Source of the DNA: Bdellovibrionales bacterium
GTDB taxonomy: Bacteria > Bdellovibrionota > Bdellovibrionia > Bdellovibrionales > UBA1609
Assembly: GCA_027317865.1 (NCBI GenBank)
Contig: DAHVQG010000002.1
Coordinates: 32,001-96,000, forward strand
DNA: 64,000 nucleotides
Direction: 5' to 3'
The notes under the pieces are model-generated. The model saw only the letters and a program-made list of their open reading frames with translations, searched no databases and was not told where the DNA came from. A program made the translations under genes and the position numbers. Positions 48,940 to 55,817 of this stretch are shown piece by piece (position 1 is the stretch's first letter; each line of letters starts with the position of its first letter).

Positions 48940-49761
48940 TTAAGCTGATTTTTCATCCCGTTGCCTGACAAGGTCGCTTAAAGGAATTTTTCGCGCCGGT
49001 ACACCGCCCCAAATTTCTCCGTCACCGACAATTGTTTTAGGCATAACAACCGAATGCGCTAAAATCTTAGCCTCTCGACCAATCTTCACTCCGCCCATTA
49101 TTGTGGCACGAAGCCCGATCGTCGTGCGGTCGCCGATTGATACAGGGGCTAGGACTAAAAAACCAGACTGACCGTAATGGCCGACAATCGTCGCCGATCC
49201 ACCGATAGTCACCTTTTCGCCCATTGAAATTAGCGCAGGGTCAGAGATGTGCGAAGTGTTGATGATTGTTCCGCGTCCTATATGCATCCCCATTAAACGG
49301 TAAAATAAAATGTTTAAGGGACTTGGGGTAATAAATTCGAGAAACGTAAACCGCATAACATAGGTAATGCCGTTATGAATAAACCACGGCACTGCGGGCA
49401 ACGAATAGTAGGGCCCGCGCCAAGCCTTAGGTTTGAGTCTTAAAATAAAATTAAGAAGCGGGAGGAGCAGAACAAGCGATAAACCATAAAAGAGATAACC
49501 TAAACAAGCCGAACAGCCGAGCGCCCAAAGACGGAAAAATATCGGCCACGACCGCGTACTGAGAAAAACGATACGAAAAACGGCAAGCCCTGGTAGAACC
49601 GCAAGACTGATCCAAGCGCAACCCATCGCATAGAGCGGCAATAGTAAAACGATTTGGCTTAATTCGCGAAAAGTGCGGAAAAAGCGCTCTGCGTAACCCG
49701 CTATGCCACTCCGCCGGCTCGTCGTGCTATCGACATTAGTTCGCCTTTTGAATTTTTTCAT
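48940..49761 (-). CDS. Membrane protein with a left-handed beta-helix acyltransferase domain (Pls/NRPS-terminal-domain-like single repeat)
   Basis: Two or three TMs, then FYRLMGMHIGRGTII...DPALISMGEKVTIGG...IGDRTTIG...WGGVPAR hexapeptide repeats. Confidence 0.8.
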   Translation of the reverse strand: MKKFKRRTNVDSTTSRRSGIAGYAERFFRTFRELSQIVLLLPLYAMGCAWISLAVLPGLAVFRIVFLSTRSWPIFFRLWALGCSACLGYLFYGLSLVLLLPLLNFILRLKPKAWRGPYYSLPAVPWFIHNGITYVMRFTFLEFITPSPLNILFYRLMGMHIGRGTIINTSHISDPALISMGEKVTIGGSATIVGHYGQSGFLVLAPVSIGDRTTIGLRATIMGGVKIGREAKILAHSVVMPKTIVGDGEIWGGVPARKIPLSDLVRQRDEKSA

Positions 49762-49772
49762 ATTCGCAATGT

Positions 49773-49800
49773 TTATCGGCTATTTTTGAGACAATGTTTA
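49773..49800 (-). promoter_or_regulatory. Near-consensus sigma-28 promoter of the acyltransferase
   Basis: Minus strand TAAAC-N15-GCCGATAA, 11 nt from the ATG. Confidence 0.7.
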
Positions 49801-49811
49801 TACTTCGCGAT

Positions 49812-50885
49812 TTATGTATAGTACCGCTCAAATTCGCGCTTGAGTTGTTCAGCCTCGATCTCAGACATGAAAAAATGAAGACGGACTTGTGTCGGCAGAC
49901 GAAAAAGACGGGCTGGCCTCAACCAAACGCCAGTTTCACGTAAAATTCGTTCGGCAAACGCGTCTCCGCTGCGGAATTTTTTCGGAATCCGCAATGTCGC
50001 AAAGTGCCCCGATTGAAGATCATGTGAAAATAAATTGTGCTGAGAATAGCCCGCTCTACTCATGCCGAATTCACGAAAAATCGCTCGCGGTTTTTCAAGC
50101 GCACGCAAATTTGATTCGATTAATTGATCCCAGTTCTGCAAAGCCAACCGTGCCGCCGCTAACGAAAACGACGGCATTTCGATGTGAAAGTTATATCCTA
50201 CACGCTCAAAATTCATCGCCACTTTTGGTTCGGCTCGAAGCCATCCAAATCGAGCCGCCGACAATCCAATTGATTTGCTTAGGCTCCCAATGAGAATCAC
50301 GTTTCGCGGAATGCCCCCTGACAAAATCGACATTTTCCCATCCGAAAAAAGCGGCAAAAATACTTCATCGATAATCACCCATTTAAATAAACGGCTGAAT
50401 GACAAAAGTTCGTCACGCGTCGACAACCGGCCGGTCGGGCAATTGGGATTCGACAGGACCAAAATCTGACAGCGTTTACTTGCCTTTTTTACCGCCGCGA
50501 AATCTCGCTCTATATCAAAGGTGCGATTAAAAAATTCGACTTTCAAACCCAAAAATTCGGCACAAGTCGGGAACGGGTCATACGCGGGCGACTCGACAAG
50601 CACGCGATCGCCTGTTTTGCTAACCGTTGCCAGCGCTTGGGTGTAAACGCTGCTACTCCCGGGAGCAAACCGAAACTCATCGGCGGCGCCGTTCACGTGC
50701 CTTGCAAGTAATTCTTTGATTACGGTTGAAACCTGATCAATTTCTTCGTACGCGAAGGGAATGTTCATGTCGGCAAAGAACTCGGCACTGGCCGGAAACG
50801 GCGGCGTTGAACCGCTTAAATTCAACCGGCATGGTGGAGTCTCGTGAACCATACTATATAGATATCGACTCGTCGGACGCGCCAT
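49812..50885 (-). CDS. Class I/II PLP-dependent aminotransferase
   Basis: SNPNCPTG, IIDEVF, GSLSKSIGLSAARFGW. Start at ATG 50885. Confidence 0.88.
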   Translation of the reverse strand: MARPTSRYLYSMVHETPPCRLNLSGSTPPFPASAEFFADMNIPFAYEEIDQVSTVIKELLARHVNGAADEFRFAPGSSSVYTQALATVSKTGDRVLVESPAYDPFPTCAEFLGLKVEFFNRTFDIERDFAAVKKASKRCQILVLSNPNCPTGRLSTRDELLSFSRLFKWVIIDEVFLPLFSDGKMSILSGGIPRNVILIGSLSKSIGLSAARFGWLRAEPKVAMNFERVGYNFHIEMPSFSLAAARLALQNWDQLIESNLRALEKPRAIFREFGMSRAGYSQHNLFSHDLQSGHFATLRIPKKFRSGDAFAERILRETGVWLRPARLFRLPTQVRLHFFMSEIEAEQLKREFERYYT

Positions 50886-50918
50886 AAGCCTAGTTTTTCG
50901 CAAATTGAGATATTTTTG

Positions 50919-50946
50919 TAAAGCCTCATTTTGAGACAGCCGAGTA
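50919..50946 (+). promoter_or_regulatory. Putative sigma-28 promoter of the flagellin at 51034
   Basis: TAAAG-N15-GCCGAGTA. Confidence 0.7.
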
Positions 50947-50988
50947 GACCTTTGAGTAATTTCAACCCACGGGTCGCAAAGGCCCCCT

Positions 50989-51007
50989 GGTAACACGGAT
51001 TGTTACC
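50989..51007 (+). promoter_or_regulatory. GGA-loop hairpin (putative CsrA site) in the flagellin leader
   Basis: GGTAACA-CGGAT-TGTTACC, followed by the AAGGAGGAGG SD. Confidence 0.6.
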
Positions 51008-51033
51008 TGGATTCTTCAAGGAGGAGGAACAAA

Positions 51034-51879
51034 ATGGGTTTACGTATCAACACAAACATTGCAGCTTTGAATGCGCAAAACAATTTGCGCAAGACGAAGT
51101 TGCGTCTCGACAAGAGCTTACAGCAATTGTCGTCAGGTTATCGCATTAACTCGGCTGCGGATGATCCGGCCGGACTTGCGATCTCTACAAATCTGCGCGC
51201 ACAGATACGCGGCTTAAAGCAAGCTCAGCGTAACGCAGAAGACGGTATTTCGCTTATTCAGGTTGCGGAAGGTAGCCTGAGTCAAGTCGCCAACATCCTC
51301 ATTCGCTTACGTGAATTGGGGGTTGAAGCCGCTTCTGACACCGTCGGTCCAGTTGACCGGCAGTTTCTAAACGTTGAATACGATCAGCTCGTTTCAGAGA
51401 TTGACCGTATTGCCGATGGTACGTCTTTTGACGGTACTCAGCTTCTCAGCGGGACAGGAACTGTTCTCGACTTTCAGGTCGGTACACATAACGACCCGAA
51501 CATTGACCGATTGAGTTTTGATGCTTCAAAGGCGGATGCAACTTCAGCCGCTTTGGGGATCAACCTCACGAGTGTGGCCGATAAAGCCTCGGCGCAAAAC
51601 AGCTTATCAGCAATTGATTCGGCAATCACAAGCGTTTCGGCTATGCGTGCCGACTTTGGCGCGCTCCAGAACCGCTTGCAATCGACGATCAGTAATTTGG
51701 CAGTCACCGTACAAAATATGGCAGCTGCTAATTCACGAATTCGTGACGTTGATGTTGCCGCCGCTACGACAAATATGACGATGAATAAGGTGTTAATGCA
51801 AGCCGGTGCGGCCGTGCTCGCACAAGCGAACCAAACACCCGATATCGCCCTGAATCTCTTGAACAGGTCGCTCTCGTAA
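51034..51879 (+). CDS. fliC: Flagellin
   Basis: MGLRINTNIAAL...LSSGYRINSAADDPAGLAIS...NSRIRDVDVA...LAQANQ. Confidence 0.97.
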   Translation: MGLRINTNIAALNAQNNLRKTKLRLDKSLQQLSSGYRINSAADDPAGLAISTNLRAQIRGLKQAQRNAEDGISLIQVAEGSLSQVANILIRLRELGVEAASDTVGPVDRQFLNVEYDQLVSEIDRIADGTSFDGTQLLSGTGTVLDFQVGTHNDPNIDRLSFDASKADATSAALGINLTSVADKASAQNSLSAIDSAITSVSAMRADFGALQNRLQSTISNLAVTVQNMAAANSRIRDVDVAAATTNMTMNKVLMQAGAAVLAQANQTPDIALNLLNRSLS

Positions 51880-51986
51880 GTCATGAGACGTTACGAGTTT
51901 GACCAATGGTCGGAATGACCTTTAGCTCACACCCCGATGGTGAACATCGGTAGAGTCTAAACAGAGAGCTTACTGTTTCCTGCCTT

Positions 51987-52019
51987 GGGGGCCGCTTCAA
52001 TCGAAGCGGCCGCCCTTTT
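51987..52019 (+). terminator. Intrinsic terminator after flagellin
   Basis: GGG-GGCCGCTTC-aatc-GAAGCGGCC-gCCC-TTTT. Confidence 0.75.
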
Positions 52020-52120
52020 GGCGCTCAAAAACGCGTTCACGAAACCGATGTCATACACGTCCACCAAAACTAGACTATTCCTCGACTCATTTTGCGACAG
52101 TAATCTGTCGATTCTCTATA

Positions 52121-52136
52121 TGGTACGAAAATTGAA
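52121..52136 (+). promoter_or_regulatory. Possible sigma-54 promoter of the flagellin at 52222
   Basis: TGGTACG-AAAA-TTGAA has the correct spacing, but the -12 box is GA instead of GC. Confidence 0.4.
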
Positions 52137-52141
52137 TAATT

Positions 52142-52198
52142 GAGCACAGTATGTGCTCCTGAGATCATGGGTGATCTCTGTACATCAGGATGATGTGC
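52142..52198 (+). promoter_or_regulatory. Three tandem leader hairpins, the last with an AGGAU loop
   Basis: GAGCACA-gta-TGTGCTC; GAGATCA-tggg-TGATCTC; GTACATC-AGGAT-GATGTGC. Confidence 0.55.
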
Positions 52199-52221
52199 CA
52201 TCAAACAAGGAGGTCTTTGGT

Positions 52222-53055
52222 ATGGCACTCATAATTACTACTAACGTTGCATCGCTGAACGCGCAACGTAATTTAGACAAAACCAACCGCGAGTTGAATA
52301 GAAGTCTCGCGCGTCTCTCGAGCGGATATCGCATCAATACCGCAGCCGACGATCCGGCGGGTCTTGCTATTAGTGAGCACTTATTAGCCGAAATTAAAGG
52401 CATGCAACAAGATACAAAAAACGCGCACGATGGCGTTTCACTTGTCCAAGTTGCAGAGGGCGGTTTGAACACGATTCAAAATATGCTCATTCGTCTTCGC
52501 GAATTGGGAGTTGAAGCTTCATCTGACACTGTCGACAATACCGATCGTCGGTTTCTGGACGTCGAATATCAACAGATGAAATCGGAGATCCAGCGTGTTG
52601 CCGAAGTGACCACATTCAACGGCTACGACTTACTCAACGGAACTGGTGGCGTGCTCGATATACAAGTGGGCGTCCATAATGACCCATTTTTAGATCGAAT
52701 TTCATTTAACACCGCCGCTTCCGATGCCACACTTGCGGCTCTCGGGCTTGGAACGTTATCCGTTTCATCCAAGGCGCAAGCGCAAGAAAGTCTCGACGCG
52801 ATTGATAATGCGCTCACATCAGTCAGCGCGATGCGCGCGAATTTCGGCGCCATGCAAAATAGGTTACAGTCCACCATAAGCAATTTGCTTATAGCGAGAG
52901 AAAACCTGTCGGCTGCAAATTCGCGAATTCGAGACACAGATGTCGCTGCTGAAACTGCAAGGCTGACAAGAGCAGAGATTCTCAGACAAGCTGGCATTTC
53001 GGTTCTACAGCAAGCGAACAACCAATCGCAAATGGTCCTTAAACTATTGAGCTAA
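52222..53055 (+). CDS. fliC: Flagellin
   Basis: ATG 52222 after AAGGAGG; MALIITTNVASL...LSSGYRINTAADDPAGL...NSRIRDTDVA. Confidence 0.97.
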   Translation: MALIITTNVASLNAQRNLDKTNRELNRSLARLSSGYRINTAADDPAGLAISEHLLAEIKGMQQDTKNAHDGVSLVQVAEGGLNTIQNMLIRLRELGVEASSDTVDNTDRRFLDVEYQQMKSEIQRVAEVTTFNGYDLLNGTGGVLDIQVGVHNDPFLDRISFNTAASDATLAALGLGTLSVSSKAQAQESLDAIDNALTSVSAMRANFGAMQNRLQSTISNLLIARENLSAANSRIRDTDVAAETARLTRAEILRQAGISVLQQANNQSQMVLKLLS

Positions 53056-53069
53056 CGGCGGAGGGAATT

Positions 53070-53150
53070 ATGACAATTCAGTTACGTGAATGGACAAAAG
53101 CATATTGGACGATTGCCGTTGTACTCTTAGTCGCAGCCGTTTTGATATGA
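53070..53150 (+). CDS. Unannotated 26-aa single-TM small protein
   Basis: GGAGGG SD at 53060-53065; MTIQLREWTKAYWTIAVVLLVAAVLI; 14 nt after the flagellin stop. Confidence 0.5.
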   Translation: MTIQLREWTKAYWTIAVVLLVAAVLI

Positions 53151-53233
53151 TTGCCGTCAAGAACAGTTCAAGAACGCTTGATGGCTAACCGTTCGCTTCG
53201 ACTTTTGTTCAAGTTTTCGCTACGTAGCGAAGA

Positions 53234-53968
53234 ATGAAGTCGAGGCGAACAATAGCAGCGTGGACTCATTTTTTAGCAAGTACTACACTCATTTTTTCTG
53301 TTGTGGCCTCGGCGCACCAAGCGCCGGGCCAAATAATTAGAGATGACCTGGTATTCAACCCACTGCCAACTTCAGTTACAGCCTTGAAACAAGAAGAGGC
53401 GAAGAACAGCCGTCAAATCCAAATTCTTAAACAGCAACTCCATCTTTATAGCGAATACCTCGCCTCTAAAGGTAACTCGCTAGAAATTCGGTTTCAGCGC
53501 CACCTCAATTCGCTACCTGAAACTATTTTTGTTTTGGGAGCTGGCTCTGGTACCGTCACAGGTGGGGCCGGCCTCCTGGGTCTTGCCGTTCAAGATGCCG
53601 GCGAAGTTTCAAGACGCTTTTTTTGGGCCGGGGCGATTATGACCATCGTTGCCGTTATAGGATCTCATTTTTTAAAAACACGCGTTGCCGATTCGCCGGA
53701 AGATATTGCACGCGAAAAAATGGTTGAAGAATTAGATGCTACGCAAGACAGTCGAATTCGATCAGGCATGGAAATCCTTATGGCCAAGCAGCTTTTCGAT
53801 CTTGAAAATCAAAATCGTGCAATTCGCGTCGCCCTACGAAAGGCCACCAATTTTTCCACTGATACGAATGCCAATCGCGGAATTATTCCGCAGCACTCAA
53901 AAATTAGTTTGCAAAAAAGCCCGTCCGATCAGGCCTGGAATCCCGCGTTCAGTTGGAACGGATTTTGA
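53234..53968 (+). CDS. Exported/membrane hypothetical protein with coiled coil and Gly-rich hydrophobic hairpin
   Basis: Signal ending ASA; GAGSGTVTGGAGLLGL and WAGAIMTIVAVIG hydrophobic segments. Confidence 0.7.
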   Translation: MKSRRTIAAWTHFLASTTLIFSVVASAHQAPGQIIRDDLVFNPLPTSVTALKQEEAKNSRQIQILKQQLHLYSEYLASKGNSLEIRFQRHLNSLPETIFVLGAGSGTVTGGAGLLGLAVQDAGEVSRRFFWAGAIMTIVAVIGSHFLKTRVADSPEDIAREKMVEELDATQDSRIRSGMEILMAKQLFDLENQNRAIRVALRKATNFSTDTNANRGIIPQHSKISLQKSPSDQAWNPAFSWNGF

Positions 53969-54014
53969 AGTCTTTAAAATTGGCACGGAAAAATTGTAAA
54001 TAAGGAGAACGTTA

Positions 54015-54662
54015 ATGGCTCTAGTATTACCCAAACTCCCCTACCGATTTGACGAGCTTGAACCTTATATTTCTGAAGAAACACTTTCTCTCCATTATCT
54101 CAAACATCACAAAGGTTATATCGACAAAGCGAACAAATTGATTCGCGGAACGCCTTATGATGACATGGCACTAGAAAATATCATCTCGAAAACGGCTCAC
54201 CAGCGGGGTCAAGAAAAGTCGATTTTTGAAAACGCGGCGCAGGCGTGGAATCACACCTTCTATTGGAACTGCATGTGCTCGTCTCAACGCCGGCGGCCTT
54301 CAGCAGCCATGCAGAAAATACTTCATCATAATTTTGGAAGTCTCGACCGATTTGTCGACAAATTTAGCACAGCTGCGGTTAACCTTTTTGGTTCAGGATG
54401 GGCTTGGCTCGTAAAAACCTCGCAGGATCGCCTCGAAATTCTACCGCTTAGTAACGCCGAAACACCTGTTGCAGACGACCTGATGCCCATTCTCGCTTGT
54501 GACGTTTGGGAGCACGCCTATTACATCGATTACCATAACGACCGCAAACAGTACGTTAAAAATTTTTGGAAAGTCGTAAATTGGGATTTTATTGAGACAA
54601 ATTATCAAATGCATTTGGTTACCGAGCCCTCTTATGGGCTGAGAGTTGAATTTTATCACTAA
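54015..54662 (+). CDS. sodB: Fe/Mn superoxide dismutase (Fe-type residues)
   Basis: HYLKHH, NAAQAWNHTFYW, FGSGWAWL, DVWEHAYY. Confidence 0.93.
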   Translation: MALVLPKLPYRFDELEPYISEETLSLHYLKHHKGYIDKANKLIRGTPYDDMALENIISKTAHQRGQEKSIFENAAQAWNHTFYWNCMCSSQRRRPSAAMQKILHHNFGSLDRFVDKFSTAAVNLFGSGWAWLVKTSQDRLEILPLSNAETPVADDLMPILACDVWEHAYYIDYHNDRKQYVKNFWKVVNWDFIETNYQMHLVTEPSYGLRVEFYH

Positions 54663-54684
54663 GCAAAAAGGATAGGGAGCTTTT

Positions 54685-55290
54685 ATGACCAACGAAACAA
54701 ACGCAATATTCGCGCTCTACAGACGACGCAAACGGGCAGAAGAAGCAAAGAAATTATTGATTGCGGCCGGGTTTGCCGACAATCAAATATGCCTTTATTT
54801 ACCGCCTGACGAAGGAGCTAAAAACTTTCACGAAAACGTGCGGACCTCATGGCGAACAGGGGCGATAATCGGCGCTGCGGTGGGAGCGTCGGCCTTTCTT
54901 CTTGTCGGATTGGCGCTGAGTCTAAATTTAATTCATTTGCCTGGTCACTTCGAGGCATCGATACCTGTCCTAGTTCGTATTGTTTTAATCTTTGTTGTTG
55001 CGGCGCTCGGCGGTCTGGCCGGTGCGGCCGCTGGTACGTTAGTTGGCTTTGGAACGCCGGAATCGGCTGCCCCCCGCTTTGCCAGTTACGTTCAAGCCGG
55101 CGGCACAATTGTGTCGGTTGCCACTACTAATGGAAATGATCTTGCGAAAGCGCGAATAATCTTAGACCGCTCGGGAGGGCACGACATTACCGAAATGAAT
55201 GAAAAAAATGGCTGGCAGATGATTCACGAACAACTTTACGAAAGGAACAAAAACTATGAACCCGAATTACTCAACGATCAAAACCCCTGA
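54685..55290 (+). CDS. Glycine-zipper membrane protein (general-stress-protein-like)
   Basis: GAIIGAAVG and GGLAGAAAGTLVGFGTPE...VQAGGTIVSV; located between sodB and dps. Confidence 0.75.
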   Translation: MTNETNAIFALYRRRKRAEEAKKLLIAAGFADNQICLYLPPDEGAKNFHENVRTSWRTGAIIGAAVGASAFLLVGLALSLNLIHLPGHFEASIPVLVRIVLIFVVAALGGLAGAAAGTLVGFGTPESAAPRFASYVQAGGTIVSVATTNGNDLAKARIILDRSGGHDITEMNEKNGWQMIHEQLYERNKNYEPELLNDQNP

Positions 55291-55804
55291 TGCGCCAAAA
55301 AAATCGGAAGCCATCAAAAAAGCTACGGCATTGAAGCCGCCAATTGATGTCGCAAAAGAACTTGCTGTTACGCTTGCTAGCACTTATGCCATTTACTTAA
55401 AGACGCAAAATTATCATTGGAACGTAACCGGGCCGCTATTTGGAACACTTCACCGTGTATTCGACGAACAGTATCACGAATTAGCCGAATCTATCGATAC
55501 AATTGCCGAACGCATTCGAGCGCTTGGCGCGTTTGCCCCCGCAACGTTCAAACAATTAGAAGATCTCGGTTATATAGATGAAGATCATGATATTCCGGCC
55601 GCGGCCGAATCTATGATCCAAAATCTCGCGGCTGATCACGAGAAAATCGCAAAACACGTACTCGACTCAATTGCCGTCTGTAATAACAAAAATGATCCTG
55701 CGTCAGCTGACCTTTTGGTCAAACGCATTCGAAGCCATGAAAAGTACGCCTGGATGCTACGGAGTTTTTTGAAAAATGAACTCACGACTCGTACTTCGCA
55801 CTAA
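55256..55804 (+). CDS. dps: Dps (DNA protection during starvation, ferritin-like)
   Basis: YHWNVTG..F..LH..FDEQY...IDTIAERIRALG, HEKYAWML. Confidence 0.95.
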   Translation: MNPNYSTIKTPDAPKKSEAIKKATALKPPIDVAKELAVTLASTYAIYLKTQNYHWNVTGPLFGTLHRVFDEQYHELAESIDTIAERIRALGAFAPATFKQLEDLGYIDEDHDIPAAAESMIQNLAADHEKIAKHVLDSIAVCNNKNDPASADLLVKRIRSHEKYAWMLRSFLKNELTTRTSH

Positions 55805-55817
55805 CGGTAGTACAGGT

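Noticed and set aside
2246-53055. Sequence similarity among three loci as repeats or mobile elements
   Set aside because: It is explained by paralogous flagellins. No transposase, integrase or terminal repeats were seen.
53981-53998. TGGCACG upstream of sodB as a sigma-54 promoter
   Set aside because: The spacing to TTG is 2 nt too long and the -12 GC is absent.
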